A DNA stretch of 64,000 nucleotides from Bacilli bacterium (GCA_017404555.1 JAFRCD010000002.1:59793-123792), one strand, 5' to 3'; counted from the stretch's first letter, positions 1-10,703 are shown. The notes: a model not told the origin generated them from the letters alone. Program-made: numbers and translations.

Positions 1-684
1 TTTTCCTATAACTAAATGATATTTTTGAAAACCTTCATCATTCATACTACATGTCTGTAATATAATTATATTATCATTTTCATCTAATTCAATACCTGTT
101 TCATATAAAGACTTGTTTTTTAATTTATTAATATGTTCTTCCCAACTAAGGCCATTAAAAGAGTTTAAATTAACATAATCATAATCACTAGTCTCTATAT
201 AAGAAGAGTATATCTTATATTTTCTTATTCCTTTCATTGTATACAGATTAATACTATTATGTTTTTTCCAATAGTCTTTCTCAATATAATTATTTAGTTT
301 TAAGAAAGGTAATTCTTTTTCTTTGCCACTATGTCCATAAATTAATAGTTTTCTATCACTTAATTCATTTCTATAATCTAAAACAATACTGCCTTTATTA
401 TCATATTCCTTTTTATAATTATGATTCAAATAGTAATCATTATCATCACTTTGAAGTACTATACTACTAGTAACTTCTGGTATTTCGATATACGCCACAA
501 TATCATTATTCTGATATTTTTCTCTTAATTTATTAATATCGATACTTTCAGTTTTTTTCTTTTCGGCTACAATAGGTTTATTTTTATCTTTTGGTTTAAC
601 CTTTGAAGTACGATAAGAAAAAAGACTACATATAATAAGTATTACTACTAATAGAATTGTTGTTTTCCATAATCTATTTTTCAT
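1..684 (-). CDS. Class B sortase, truncated at the window edge (the C-terminal part lies outside)
   Basis: Reverse-complement translation from an ATG at 682-684 gives MKNRLWKTTILLVVILIICSL... with a signal-anchor, a catalytic His in LLIYGHSG and a sortase TLxTC-type motif ILQTCS. There is no stop before position 1. Confidence 0.7.
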   Translation of the reverse strand, partial: MKNRLWKTTILLVVILIICSLFSYRTSKVKPKDKNKPIVAEKKKTESIDINKLREKYQNNDIVAYIEIPEVTSSIVLQSDDNDYYLNHNYKKEYDNKGSIVLDYRNELSDRKLLIYGHSGKEKELPFLKLNNYIEKDYWKKHNSINLYTMKGIRKYKIYSSYIETSDYDYVNLNSFNGLSWEEHINKLKNKSLYETGIELDENDNIIILQTCSMNDEGFQKYHLVIGK

Positions 685-738
685 AATACCCCTCCAATTC
701 CCGTATATTATAACACAGTACACAAAAAAAAGAAAAAA

Positions 739-2205
739 TTAATTAAATCTTTTCTTTATCCTTAAACTCAATCCAAGTACACCTAATAATACTATAAACA
801 AATAAGCGTTAGAAGTCTTATTAGGATTAATTCCAGTTACTGGAGGAACTATTTCTGTTTTGCCAGTATCTTTTTTATAGTTAATTAGAGTTAATTTTAC
901 TTGGTGCTCTTCATCATATGGATTGTACCATCTAATTCCTAGTAAGTTTTGATAAGCGCCATTATCAAAATTATAAGCTGATATATCATAGGCGGTATTA
1001 TTGGTAAAAAACATGTATAAGTGCATATCTGCTGGATGGTGATCTCTATCACTGACTAAGTATTGATATAACTCATAGTATCTAGCAAGTTGAGCTTTTA
1101 CAGTGGCATTGTTTTTAGCATTATGATCTCCACCATTCCAGTGTCTAGCTAAAGTACCAAAGGCATTTCCATTACCAACACTAGTTGTGAAGACATCTGA
1201 TCCTAATGGAGCATTAGGAAGATAAATAAAACTTCTGAAATGAGTATATAAATACCAATAATATCTACCATCATAATAATAATCTTCAACGCCTTCAGGT
1301 ATAGCGCTTATTCTGGTTACTCCTTGAACTCTTGTCAAACCAGCATTTGTATAATTCTTTAAAGCATTCTCAGTAATATATCTAATTTCTGCTTCAGTTA
1401 AATCACTAAATAAGTCACTTGCTAATTGACGATGATAAATAATATCTAAGATTTTGTCATATAATTGTTGAGAACTTAAACTTTGATCAGATATGTCCCG
1501 AGGCTCTTTATTTTGTTCGGCATCAACATATACTGTTTGCACCATAAAATCCCTAATATCAGATGCAGTTAAAACTTCTCCATCATAATTAGAGTTTTCA
1601 TCGGGTGTTTCCCAATCTTGATTAATACAATAAACTTCTTCTTTGTGGCCATTAAAATCTACATAATATAAAGGTGTACCACCATAATGAGAACAAGGTG
1701 TTTTTGACCAATCAACACCAGCATCAAGATCAATAACCTCTACTTTAGCTGTAAAGGCCTTATCTTCAGCTTTTATATATCCCTCGGGTGCAGATACTTC
1801 ATGTAAAACATATTCTCCTTCTGGTAGTAAAACTTCATGACTAGTTCCATCAGAAACCCACTCATCAACAACAATACCATTAGAATCTATAATTTGGATT
1901 GTTGCACCTACTAAAGGATTACCAAGTTCATCTGTTTTATTAATAATAACAGAAATTTTATGAACCTCATTAATAATTACTCTTTCAGTAGTTGGTTCAT
2001 TAGTGTCTTCTATTTCATCACCAATTTCTCTAACTACTGGTATTTCTTCTATTTCTTCTAACGAATCATTACCTTCTTGTTCAACTTCTTCACCAATAGT
2101 TGGTTCTTCCACTACATCAGTATTTATTTCTTCAGCATTAACATCTAAAGAAATGAACATAAAAGAAAAAGCAATTAGTATAATCAAAAGTCTTAGATAT
2201 TTCAT
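739..2205 (-). CDS. Cell-surface protein with an acidic region, a CnaB/prealbumin-like domain and a C-terminal PPVTG sorting signal (predicted sortase substrate)
   Basis: Start moved to the internal Met (MKYLRLLIILIAFSFMFISLDVNA signal peptide), which is preceded by a GGGAGG RBS. The motif EGEYVLHEVSAPEGY is typical of CnaB-type domains. The C-terminus PPVTG + hydrophobic stretch + RIKKRFN is a sorting signal. Confidence 0.6.
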   Translation of the reverse strand: MKYLRLLIILIAFSFMFISLDVNAEEINTDVVEEPTIGEEVEQEGNDSLEEIEEIPVVREIGDEIEDTNEPTTERVIINEVHKISVIINKTDELGNPLVGATIQIIDSNGIVVDEWVSDGTSHEVLLPEGEYVLHEVSAPEGYIKAEDKAFTAKVEVIDLDAGVDWSKTPCSHYGGTPLYYVDFNGHKEEVYCINQDWETPDENSNYDGEVLTASDIRDFMVQTVYVDAEQNKEPRDISDQSLSSQQLYDKILDIIYHRQLASDLFSDLTEAEIRYITENALKNYTNAGLTRVQGVTRISAIPEGVEDYYYDGRYYWYLYTHFRSFIYLPNAPLGSDVFTTSVGNGNAFGTLARHWNGGDHNAKNNATVKAQLARYYELYQYLVSDRDHHPADMHLYMFFTNNTAYDISAYNFDNGAYQNLLGIRWYNPYDEEHQVKLTLINYKKDTGKTEIVPPVTGINPNKTSNAYLFIVLLGVLGLSLRIKKRFN

Positions 2206-2283
2206 ATTATTCCTCCCATGAAGCACCAAAGCATGACGCTTACTTAATTTATTATAATAAATGGTTAAAATGATTTTGTCAAA

Positions 2284-2318
2284 CAAAAAAGTATTTGCCA
2301 TCTTATTGGTAAATACTT
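2284..2318 (-). terminator. Rho-independent terminator after the MBL-fold gene
   Basis: Imperfect inverted repeat aagtatttgcca/tggtaaatactt (2289-2318) abutting the stop codon, followed by a U-run on the minus transcript. Confidence 0.5.
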
Positions 2319-2320
2319 TT

Positions 2321-2956
2321 TTAAAAATACAATTTTTCAATTACTTCAATATTTGTATCAGATAAGCACTCTTTTAGTTTTTTACCATCATCTTTATCTC
2401 CTATTATAGAACCATAATGAATAGGTATTACTATTTTAGGATTAATTGTTTTTACTAATTCCGTTGCTTCATTAACATCCATAGTAAAATATCCTCCAAT
2501 TGGAATAAAGGCAATATCACAGACTACACTTTCTGCTTCTTTAGTCTTATCAGTATCTCCAGCTATATAGTAAGTTATATTATTATAAGTTACTATATAA
2601 CCTAACCAATTATTTTCTCTTGGATGGAATTCTTTATTAATATTATAAGCTGGAATAGTTTTAATACTAATATTATCTATATTAGTTTCTTCATTAGGAT
2701 CTAAAAATATATAGTTCTTAAACTCCATTTTACTTATTACTTCCTTCATAGACTTAGGAGCAATTATAATGGTATTTTCATTCTTTACTTTTTCAATTGA
2801 TTCTTTATCTAAATGATCATAATGTTCATGAGTAATAAATATAATATCTGCATCCTTACTTTCTTCTTCAATTTTAAAAGGGTCAAAATAAATAATTTTA
2901 TTAAGTTCTAATCTAATACTACTCTGGGTATTAATTGTTACATTATCTGTTTCCAT
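2321..2956 (-). CDS. Small metallo-beta-lactamase-fold hydrolase
   Basis: HxHxDH motif (ITHEHYDHLD) and downstream His/Asp ligands; 211 aa with no signal peptide. Confidence 0.6.
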   Translation of the reverse strand: METDNVTINTQSSIRLELNKIIYFDPFKIEEESKDADIIFITHEHYDHLDKESIEKVKNENTIIIAPKSMKEVISKMEFKNYIFLDPNEETNIDNISIKTIPAYNINKEFHPRENNWLGYIVTYNNITYYIAGDTDKTKEAESVVCDIAFIPIGGYFTMDVNEATELVKTINPKIVIPIHYGSIIGDKDDGKKLKECLSDTNIEVIEKLYF

Positions 2957-2970
2957 ATTACCTTCCTTTT

Positions 2971-3813
2971 TTATTTTGTTTTAAATGATTTAAAGTCATT
3001 GCGAAAAGCTCCTGTTAAGGTCTTTACTACCATATCATGGCTTATGTCACTAGGTTTTCCTGAAGCAATTAATGGGATGTAGTGTTTTTCATATTCTTTT
3101 TGGATACTAGCATACGTAGACAGGTATTTATCATAATTATTATATCCAAATTCATAAGGAACCTCATATCCATGGAAATTTATTAGTTTGTCTTTCAGAC
3201 TTTCTTTATTAGCCCTATATAAATCACGTACTTTTCCTTCAGCTATCATATCTAGGTAAACATATCTTCTATCATCAAAAGAAATATCAATATTATCATT
3301 TTCCGGAACTCTATCGCATATGTTTTTTAAAATGTCATAGGACATATATTCATTTACTAATTCATAAATATAATCACCGTTTTGGCCGGTAAAACCAACC
3401 GATGGTTTAAACCGATGAATTAAAAAGGCCGGATTAGATATCTCACTTGGTTTTCCAATACCAAGATGTAAGGCGTGATTAAGTTCGTGAATTAAAGCAT
3501 GTAGTGAAAGAGGTTTGTTTACTTTATAAATTATAACAGGTGGTAATAAATTGGGAATTAGACCACCTAAAGTTTCTTCAATTTCTTTTAAATACTCATT
3601 TACTTTAATCTGTTCTTTATTATCTAAATCATTTATCTTAATATCTGAACATACATGGTTATTTCTATCTATAAAAACAAACCTAGTAGAGTCAATGGTA
3701 TTACTTATTCTATCTTGATACTCTTCACCATAAAAAGAAACAAATCCTTCCTTTAAAACAGGTAATAATTCATCAATATTCTTTTTAAATTTATTATTGT
3801 ACTCTTTATCCAT
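2971..3813 (-). CDS. Hypothetical cytoplasmic protein with an HExxH zinc-metallopeptidase-like motif
   Basis: HELNHALHLG motif and no signal peptide; AAGGAG RBS upstream of the start. Confidence 0.4.
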   Translation of the reverse strand: MDKEYNNKFKKNIDELLPVLKEGFVSFYGEEYQDRISNTIDSTRFVFIDRNNHVCSDIKINDLDNKEQIKVNEYLKEIEETLGGLIPNLLPPVIIYKVNKPLSLHALIHELNHALHLGIGKPSEISNPAFLIHRFKPSVGFTGQNGDYIYELVNEYMSYDILKNICDRVPENDNIDISFDDRRYVYLDMIAEGKVRDLYRANKESLKDKLINFHGYEVPYEFGYNNYDKYLSTYASIQKEYEKHYIPLIASGKPSDISHDMVVKTLTGAFRNDFKSFKTK

Positions 3814-3856
3814 AGTTTTACTCCTTTTATAAACCTCGTGAAATTAACTCTTTTTG

Positions 3857-4828
3857 TTATTTTTTCGCAACTATTGTATATTCATAAGTTGTTGTTGCTT
3901 TATAGTATGGTTTTAACACATTATAAGATACTTCTTTTATTCTATTACCAAATTCATCATATTCATATTCAATTGTATATGTGCCATTAGGACTACTCTG
4001 TGTTTCCTTAGTGATATTATCATCTTTATCATATTCATAGATATAAGTCATCTTATAATTGGTTTTATAATTAATAGTTGTTTTCTCTAATGTTTTTCCT
4101 TTAGAAGTCTTTTTATAACTATAGTGCCAAGTATTATCTTCAGTTGTTTTTCCATCTTTTATCTTTCTAAATCTTTCTGTTTTAATCTTATCATCTTTGT
4201 TATAAGTATAATTAATCCTTTCTATACCATAACTAGCAATTGAATACTCAACTATTTCTTCTTCCAAATTGTTCTTACTATTATATTTCATCTTATGAGT
4301 GGCATTAGAAGTACCACTAGTTTTAAAAGAAGTAATATTGTGAGTCTTAGAATCTACTTTATAATCAGAATAAAATATATTTCTAGAAAGTCCTGTTGTT
4401 TTAGTTTTAGCTAAAACCAGTTTTTCTTTAACTGTTTTACTATCTAACATAAGAGCATCTGTTAATTTAGGATTAGATATCATATCTTCTAGTTTTCCTA
4501 CTACAACTATTTTATCTCCTTTATTTAATCCCTTTAAAACTTCTTTATCTAAATAAACGTCAATTGGAGTTAAGGATCCTAGCTGACAATGATCCTTATT
4601 AATAGAGTATACTTCTCCCATATATAAATACCATTTTCCTTCATAGTCTTCAGCTTTAGCTTCATTAACAAAAACTTTGGAATGAACGGATTTCCAATTA
4701 AGAATTTCAGCTTTTTCCACTGGATCAATTGCTTTTTTTACTAGATCAAAAACACTACAACCAGTTAAACCTACTATTAATAATGCACTTATTAATATAC
4801 TTAAAAACATTTTTTTCATTTGTTTCAC
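3857..4828 (-). CDS. Lipoprotein with C-terminal YD/RHS-type repeats
   Basis: Lipobox LTGCSV after an N-terminal signal; repeated Y-x-Y-D-x-x-G-N units (YEYDEFGNRIKE, YIYEYDKDDN). Confidence 0.5.
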   Translation of the reverse strand: MKQMKKMFLSILISALLIVGLTGCSVFDLVKKAIDPVEKAEILNWKSVHSKVFVNEAKAEDYEGKWYLYMGEVYSINKDHCQLGSLTPIDVYLDKEVLKGLNKGDKIVVVGKLEDMISNPKLTDALMLDSKTVKEKLVLAKTKTTGLSRNIFYSDYKVDSKTHNITSFKTSGTSNATHKMKYNSKNNLEEEIVEYSIASYGIERINYTYNKDDKIKTERFRKIKDGKTTEDNTWHYSYKKTSKGKTLEKTTINYKTNYKMTYIYEYDKDDNITKETQSSPNGTYTIEYEYDEFGNRIKEVSYNVLKPYYKATTTYEYTIVAKK

Positions 4829-4851
4829 CTCTTTATTTTATTATAACTCAT

Positions 4852-5076
4852 TTATCTTCTTCTTTTAATATATGGTTCATCGTCATCAGTTAGATAATTA
4901 GTTAGATCAATATCATTATCAATAGCCATTTTTACTAATGTTTCTGGATTTGCTCGTTCTACTTTATCTAGTTCTACCATTGCTGCTGGAGAAACATTAA
5001 ACATTATCCCTTGGTAGTGTTGTTCTAAATCATCACGTAGTCTATCAATATCTAAAGTTATATCATCATTATCCAT
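4852..5076 (-). CDS. Small acidic hypothetical protein (74 aa)
   Basis: ORF with a Asp/Glu-rich sequence and no recognisable motif. Confidence 0.3.
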   Translation of the reverse strand: MDNDDITLDIDRLRDDLEQHYQGIMFNVSPAAMVELDKVERANPETLVKMAIDNDIDLTNYLTDDDEPYIKRRR

Positions 5077-5085
5077 AAATACCTC

Positions 5086-5724
5086 CTAATTAAATTTAAC
5101 ATATTTAAAGCCTAAGCTTTTATAAAAATCTGCTGCTCTTGGTAAGTTTAGCGCTCTAGCAATCAACAAATTGTACACTTCATCAAACATGACTATACTA
5201 AATAAAGTAATACTTAGTATTAAGAATGCTTTCTTAGACATTTTTTTAGATAAATATATACAAAATGGTACTATTCCATAGATTAATAAAAGTGAAGATA
5301 CTCCAAAGAAGAGAACACTTCTTAAACAGATAAAACCACCTATATTACCAAAATTCCATATTTCCTGATTATAATCCCATAGTCTTAGTCCATCACCTAT
5401 TTTATAGATTACAAGCCCTGAGAAATATTCTAATAGACCAGTAATAACAAGGGCCGCAATAAAAACTAATAGTGGTTTGTTTCTTATTTTCTTAGTGAAA
5501 AACATTACTAATAGAGCACCATAAGCATAAATATTAATCCAAGGAAGAAAATTACCTCCTTGCATATAAAACTCTTTACAGCCACCATCAAAGTAATAAA
5601 GAATAAATTCATATATCCAACCAAAGATACCAGCAAGAACAATAGTTAAGAATATAACTCCTACTTTCTGGTACATTTCAAGTGAAAGCTTATTTTCTTT
5701 ATATTTATTTATTATCTCTTTCAT
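5086..5724 (-). CDS. Integral membrane protein (4-6 TM), function unknown
   Basis: Multiple hydrophobic helices; possibly a CmpB-like small permease, but this is not verifiable here. Confidence 0.4.
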   Translation of the reverse strand: MKEIINKYKENKLSLEMYQKVGVIFLTIVLAGIFGWIYEFILYYFDGGCKEFYMQGGNFLPWINIYAYGALLVMFFTKKIRNKPLLVFIAALVITGLLEYFSGLVIYKIGDGLRLWDYNQEIWNFGNIGGFICLRSVLFFGVSSLLLIYGIVPFCIYLSKKMSKKAFLILSITLFSIVMFDEVYNLLIARALNLPRAADFYKSLGFKYVKFN

Positions 5725-5794
5725 AATGTCTCCTCATTACCATAAAAATATCATATATTTAGTTTTATTTCAAATAAAAAGAATAGATATTAAT

Positions 5795-7135
5795 CTATTC
5801 CTTCACTTTTCTCTCTTCCTTCTTTAAGTGCATAACTAGTAGTGTTCCTCCTACACCAATACCGGCTAGTATTACATAAGGTAGTATTGTAAAGATTAGT
5901 CCTGTTACTGGTGACATTTCTTTTGTATTATAGAAATCTACTGTTACTGTGTTTGAATCAGTATTCATATTATATAACCCAGTAGCACTAACATAGTAGC
6001 CACTAGTAGAACTTCCTCCGTTTACCGAGAATGCTGGAGTGTAATCACCTGGACTCTCCTCAATAGTGAAATAACTTCCATAACAAGTCTTTCCATCAAC
6101 AGCAGCTAATTTCTTGACGCTAGGCGTAGTTGAAAAATCGTATTTCTTATGATCAGGATCAGGATCAATATCGGGAGTTTCTTCCCCACAATAACCCCCA
6201 GGAATTACATCAAATGTGTTTCCTTCACTTGTTACTTGTCCGATGGTTGCTGTCTGGCCATGTTTTAAATATATTGTAGTCGGGGTTCCATCAGTTATTG
6301 TTGTTGGATTAGTTATGGTATTACCATTATAGGTTACTGTTGCGTCTATTCCACTTATTGGATATACCCATCCACTACTATCAATTATATTTGGCACTGC
6401 TCCTTCAGTAGTTTCATCTTGAACCAAGCCACTATCATTATCTATATTTATTGTGAATGGAAAATACTTAGTTGTATCAGCCCCAATGCCTTTTACAGTT
6501 TTAGATAGTTCTATGTGCCCAAATCTATTAGGATTGGTTTCTAAATAATGATCTGCATATAAGACCCCAGAAACTGGGGAAACTTTTTCTTCGTCATACT
6601 CATACTCCTCAGTTTGCTCATTATAGACAAGCCGTCTAAGTATTAATGAGACAGTATAATTACCTGTTGGTGTATTATTAGCATCTACTACATTTCTTAC
6701 TGATATTGTCACATCATAAAAAGCTGAATCTGACGAAGGAATAAAATAATTATTTAATATTTTTCCTTCACCAGCCTCTAGGCTACCTTGAAGGATATAG
6801 TATTCATAATCGCCTGGTTTTGTAAATGTTAAGCTTGATAAATTCATTGTTGTAGACTTCGTTATTTGATAGTTAGTTGGGGTATCACTCGCTGTATAGT
6901 TTATTGTTGCAGTTGCTACATCATTATTGCTCGAATATTCCACAAGAGTATACTTCATACTAGCCACTATTGGATTTGCTGTGTTTCTTATAGTCTCCCT
7001 AATAGTTATACTACTTGGTCCAACCCAGGTTACTGTTCCTGCGGCTTTTGCTTCTTTTATGTTTAGACTTAGTACTCCTATTAGTACTACTACAAGCATT
7101 AAAAATCCATTACGTATACTAAATACTTTCTTCAT
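5795..7135 (-). CDS. Cell-surface protein with an SPVTG sorting signal (predicted sortase substrate); paralogue of 27674..29611
   Basis: N-terminal signal peptide; C-terminal SPVTG + hydrophobic stretch + KKEERKVKE. Shares N-terminal (AAGTVTW) and C-terminal (FGHIELSKTVKGI, TATIGQ) modules with 27674..29611. Confidence 0.6.
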   Translation of the reverse strand: MKKVFSIRNGFLMLVVVLIGVLSLNIKEAKAAGTVTWVGPSSITIRETIRNTANPIVASMKYTLVEYSSNNDVATATINYTASDTPTNYQITKSTTMNLSSLTFTKPGDYEYYILQGSLEAGEGKILNNYFIPSSDSAFYDVTISVRNVVDANNTPTGNYTVSLILRRLVYNEQTEEYEYDEEKVSPVSGVLYADHYLETNPNRFGHIELSKTVKGIGADTTKYFPFTINIDNDSGLVQDETTEGAVPNIIDSSGWVYPISGIDATVTYNGNTITNPTTITDGTPTTIYLKHGQTATIGQVTSEGNTFDVIPGGYCGEETPDIDPDPDHKKYDFSTTPSVKKLAAVDGKTCYGSYFTIEESPGDYTPAFSVNGGSSTSGYYVSATGLYNMNTDSNTVTVDFYNTKEMSPVTGLIFTILPYVILAGIGVGGTLLVMHLKKEERKVKE

Positions 7136-7143
7136 ATACTTAC

Positions 7144-7164
7144 CTACCTTATATATTTATTATA
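7144..7164 (-). promoter_or_regulatory. Conserved 21-nt promoter/leader motif (ctaccttatatatttattata) shared with 29622..29642
   Basis: An identical 21-mer lies upstream of both paralogous surface-protein genes. On the minus strand it contains TATAAT-like sequence. Confidence 0.4.
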
Positions 7165-7200
7165 GCTTATCATTAAGGAACGTGTCAATTAAATGGGGAT

Positions 7201-7224
7201 ATAAAAAAGAGGTTTAAACCTCTT
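7201..7224 (-). terminator. Rho-independent terminator of the agu operon
   Basis: Hairpin aagagg-tttaaa-cctctt immediately after the arcC stop, followed by a U-run on the transcript. Confidence 0.6.
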
Positions 7225-8148
7225 TTATTTTGTAATTATTGTTGCTTCATTACCTTCTAAAGCATTAGTTAAATTATTTAAATCAGTGATGATAGCATCA
7301 TTACCTGTTTCTTTAACAAACTCAATAGCTGCTTCTACTTTAGGAAGCATACTTCCTTTAGCAAAGTGTCCTTCAGCTATATACTTTTCCATAGTAGCAA
7401 TATCTACTTTACCAATATCTTGAGCATTATCAGTATTATAGTTAATCTGAGCCTGTTTTATATTAGTTAGAATAACTAATAGATCAGCATTAATATTACG
7501 TGCCATTAATGAACATAATTTATCTTTATCAATAACAGCACTAGCACCTTTAGTAGGTTCATCTAAATAGACAGGAATTCCTCCACCGCCACCAGCAATA
7601 ACTATATTATCTTTTTCAATTAAATCTCTGATGGTATCTATTTCTACTATTTCTATTGGTTCTGGTGAAGCTACTACTTTTCGGTAACCACGTCCGGCAT
7701 CTTCAACATAAGTATCACCACTAGTTTCTTTTAATTTATCAGCTACTTCTTTAGTATAGAATGGTCCGATTGGTTTAGTAGGGTTTTTAAATGATGGATC
7801 ATTCTTATCAACCTTTACTTGGGTAATTAAACTAACTACACTTTTACTGATATTTTCTTCATTTAAGACCTCTTTAATTCCTTTTTGTAAGTGATAACCA
7901 ATATATCCTTGGCTCATGGCAGTACATTCAGCAAGCGGCATATAAGGAATATCTTCATTATCAAGACTGTTTTCAAAAGCCAAGTTAATAATTCCTACTT
8001 GAGGACCATTACCATGACCAATTACTACTTTATCACCAGCTTTTACTAAAGGAACAATAGTCTTAACAGCTTCCTTAATTAAAGCTTGTTGCTCGTCGGG
8101 AGTATTACCTAAAGCATTACCCCCGAAAGCAATAACTATTTTTCTCAT
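7225..8148 (-). CDS. aguC: Carbamate kinase
   Basis: [13 protein letters not shown] ... GHGNGPQVG carbamate-kinase signature; last gene of the aguBDAC arrangement. Confidence 0.9.
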   Translation of the reverse strand: MRKIVIAFGGNALGNTPDEQQALIKEAVKTIVPLVKAGDKVVIGHGNGPQVGIINLAFENSLDNEDIPYMPLAECTAMSQGYIGYHLQKGIKEVLNEENISKSVVSLITQVKVDKNDPSFKNPTKPIGPFYTKEVADKLKETSGDTYVEDAGRGYRKVVASPEPIEIVEIDTIRDLIEKDNIVIAGGGGGIPVYLDEPTKGASAVIDKDKLCSLMARNINADLLVILTNIKQAQINYNTDNAQDIGKVDIATMEKYIAEGHFAKGSMLPKVEAAIEFVKETGNDAIITDLNNLTNALEGNEATIITK

Positions 8149-9245
8149 TTTTTACCACTAGGTAATTGTTGAGTTATACAGTGAATATTACCTCCACCTA
8201 ATAGTATTTCTCTAGCATAGATTGGTTCAATCTTACGACCAGGGAATACTTCTTCTAATAACTTAATTGCTTTTTCATCATTAGGATCATTAAATACTGG
8301 TAGAGCAATAAAACCATTACCGGTATAAAAGTTAACATAACTAGCCGCTAATCGATCTCCTTCTTCACGAGGTAGAGTTCCGTCAACAGCATCTACACCT
8401 TCACTTTCTTCTTTAGTAATTAGAATAGGTGCTGGTGTATACATCTTATGAATAACTAGTTTTCTTCCCTTAGCATCTGTTTCACTTTCTAAGTAATCAT
8501 ATGCTTCTTTACTTCTTTCATATTGAGGATCATTCTCATCATCAGTCCAAGCAAGTAGTACTTCTCCTGGTTTAACAAAGTTACACATATTATCTACATG
8601 ACCATTAGTCTCATCATTATAGATTCCTCTTGGTATCCAAAGAACCTTTTCTACATTTAAGTATTCTTTTAATTTATCCTCAATTTCTTCTTTACTCATA
8701 TGAGAGTTTCTTCCTTCTGATAATAGACATTCAGCAGTTACCATACAAGTTCCTTCACCATCAACATGGATTGATCCACCTTCTAAGATAAAGTCATCAG
8801 TACGGTAACTATCAACACGTTCTAATTCACACATTTTACGTGCTATCTTATCATCAGAATCCCATGGGAAGTATAATCCATCTACTAATCCTCCCCAAGC
8901 ATTAAATGTCCAATCAACTCCTCTTACTTCTCCTTCATCTTTAACAACGAAAGTAGCACCACAATCACGTACCCAAGAGTCGTCATTAGCCATTTCTACT
9001 ACTCTAACATTATCATCTAAATGATGACGAGCATTATCAAATTGTGCTTTAGAGACAATTACTGTCATAGGTTCATATTTACCAATAGTATTAGCTACTT
9101 TAGTAAATACTTCTTGAGCTGGTTTAGCACCTAGTCTCCAGTTATCTGGCCTCTCTGGCCATATCATATAACATCCATTATGATGTTCAAATTCACCTGG
9201 CATTCTATAGCCATCTTTTTTTGGTGTTGTTTCTAATCTTTTCAT
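8145..9245 (-). CDS. aguA: Agmatine deiminase
   Basis: The N-terminus [16 protein letters not shown] and the C-terminus [11 protein letters not shown] are typical of agmatine deiminase. Start moved to the Met preceded by an AGGAGG RBS (ATG at 9243-9245). Confidence 0.85.
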   Translation of the reverse strand: MKRLETTPKKDGYRMPGEFEHHNGCYMIWPERPDNWRLGAKPAQEVFTKVANTIGKYEPMTVIVSKAQFDNARHHLDDNVRVVEMANDDSWVRDCGATFVVKDEGEVRGVDWTFNAWGGLVDGLYFPWDSDDKIARKMCELERVDSYRTDDFILEGGSIHVDGEGTCMVTAECLLSEGRNSHMSKEEIEDKLKEYLNVEKVLWIPRGIYNDETNGHVDNMCNFVKPGEVLLAWTDDENDPQYERSKEAYDYLESETDAKGRKLVIHKMYTPAPILITKEESEGVDAVDGTLPREEGDRLAASYVNFYTGNGFIALPVFNDPNDEKAIKLLEEVFPGRKIEPIYAREILLGGGNIHCITQQLPSGKK

Positions 9246-9292
9246 ATTTCCTCCTATAATTAAATTAGTAGGTTTAAAACCCACTAATTTTT

Positions 9293-10702
9293 TTATTCTT
9301 TTACCTTTTTATCTTTTATTCTGGCTACGAGTATTTCCTCAATAATGAATGAGATTACTACTCCGGCAATAAGTGGAATGTTACCTATAATATAATCTTT
9401 TGTAAAGTCACCGAATAATGTGAATAATACTCCTAGTATTAATATTACAAATGGTACGATAGCAGCAACATGAATCATTACATTACCACCAGGTACTTTG
9501 TAAGGTCTTTTAGCATCTTTATCTGTTTTTCTAAGCTTCAAGAAAGCTAAGAACATTGGGATATAACCAACAAGTAGAGTTATCCAACTTAAACAGAAGA
9601 ATAAACTGAAGCCAGCTTCAAATGATTCACTAACGAAACTAGCAATTATTCCAGCAATAACAATTATAGAAGCTACGATACCATTAATGATTGAAGCCAT
9701 ATATGGTACGCCTTCTTTATTAGTTTTAGTAAATGCTTTTGGTAGCGAACCATCTTCAGCAGCATATTTAGCTACTTCGTTAACTCCAAAGCTCCATGAA
9801 GCTATATTAGCAATAAATGTATAAACAAACATACATCCAGCAATTATAACTAGTACTTTAATAGCAGAAGCACCTAAACCAACAGTAGCAAATAAAGCAT
9901 TTAATACATCAACAACTATTTCGGCACCTGCTCCTATCCAATCAGCATTAGCTGGTAGGGCAACATTGAATCCTGTTGCTGGTAAAACATAGAAGAAGGC
10001 CATTAAAAGTCCTCCAATGATTAGGGCTTTTGGTATTTGTTTCTTTGGATCATCCATATCATTAGCCCAAGTTCCTACTACTTCAAATCCCATGAAGTTG
10101 AATAGGATGATAGAAACGAATGATAAATCTCCTAAATTAAGTCCAGGGAATAAATCCTTTGCACTAGTAATTGGGTTAGCACTATGTCCTGTTGATATAA
10201 AGGCATAAATACCAAGAGCTCCAATTCCTAATAGTAATACTACTTTAAATACTGTTCCTAAGTTAACAATATATTTACTTTCGCCAACACGTTTAGTTCC
10301 TAAGAATGTAACAAACCAAATGTATAGTAATTGAATACAAAGTAGTGTTACAATACTTAGTTCTACACCGAACATTCCCGCAATAATATCTGTCACAGCT
10401 ACAGCTAATGAAGATATCCATAATGGGAAGTTAATCCAGTAGTTCCAGGCAACACGACCTGCCCATTTAGGGCCAAAAGCACGTTTTACCCAGTCATACA
10501 TCCCTCCTTCTGAAGGATATGTTGTTCCAAGCTCTGCTGTAATCATTCCGTATGGTAAGCAGAAGCATACCAATAGTAGGATCCACCAGAAATACTGAGT
10601 ATTACCAATAGCGGCGGTTGGCATTACAGATTCACACACTAAGGTAAGACAAACAGTTCCTAAAATGGCATCCATCAATTTAAATTTTCTTTTCTTTGCC
10701 AT
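9293..10702 (-). CDS. aguD: APC-family amino acid/polyamine antiporter, probably the agmatine:putrescine antiporter
   Basis: About 12 TM helices and an APC-family profile; sits between aguB and aguA as in known agu operons. Confidence 0.7.
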   Translation of the reverse strand: MAKKRKFKLMDAILGTVCLTLVCESVMPTAAIGNTQYFWWILLLVCFCLPYGMITAELGTTYPSEGGMYDWVKRAFGPKWAGRVAWNYWINFPLWISSLAVAVTDIIAGMFGVELSIVTLLCIQLLYIWFVTFLGTKRVGESKYIVNLGTVFKVVLLLGIGALGIYAFISTGHSANPITSAKDLFPGLNLGDLSFVSIILFNFMGFEVVGTWANDMDDPKKQIPKALIIGGLLMAFFYVLPATGFNVALPANADWIGAGAEIVVDVLNALFATVGLGASAIKVLVIIAGCMFVYTFIANIASWSFGVNEVAKYAAEDGSLPKAFTKTNKEGVPYMASIINGIVASIIVIAGIIASFVSESFEAGFSLFFCLSWITLLVGYIPMFLAFLKLRKTDKDAKRPYKVPGGNVMIHVAAIVPFVILILGVLFTLFGDFTKDYIIGNIPLIAGVVISFIIEEILVARIKDKKVKE

Positions 10703-10703
10703 A

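Noticed and set aside
739-2205. Possible thioester (TED) adhesin domain in the CnaB surface protein (Cys in YCINQD)
   Set aside because: No matching TQxx[IV]W Gln motif could be found downstream, so the thioester-domain idea is not supported by the sequence alone.
2003-2221. Plus-strand ORFs embedded in minus-strand genes (2003..2221, 6866..7066, 6927..7217, 10017..10208, 13276..13488, 16257..16493, 23605..23964, 27803..28018, 28220..28462, 28953..29168, 29202..29429, 36661..37536 group, 41652..41846, 42910..43164, 43572..43754, 44398..44817, 45414..45728, 53080..53262, 54207..54410) and minus-strand 32309..32503
   Set aside because: Each lies entirely inside a well-supported gene on the opposite strand or frame. 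They have low-complexity, Ser/Ile/Phe-rich translations typical of antisense reading of AT-rich genes, and none has an RBS or motif. Treated as spurious.
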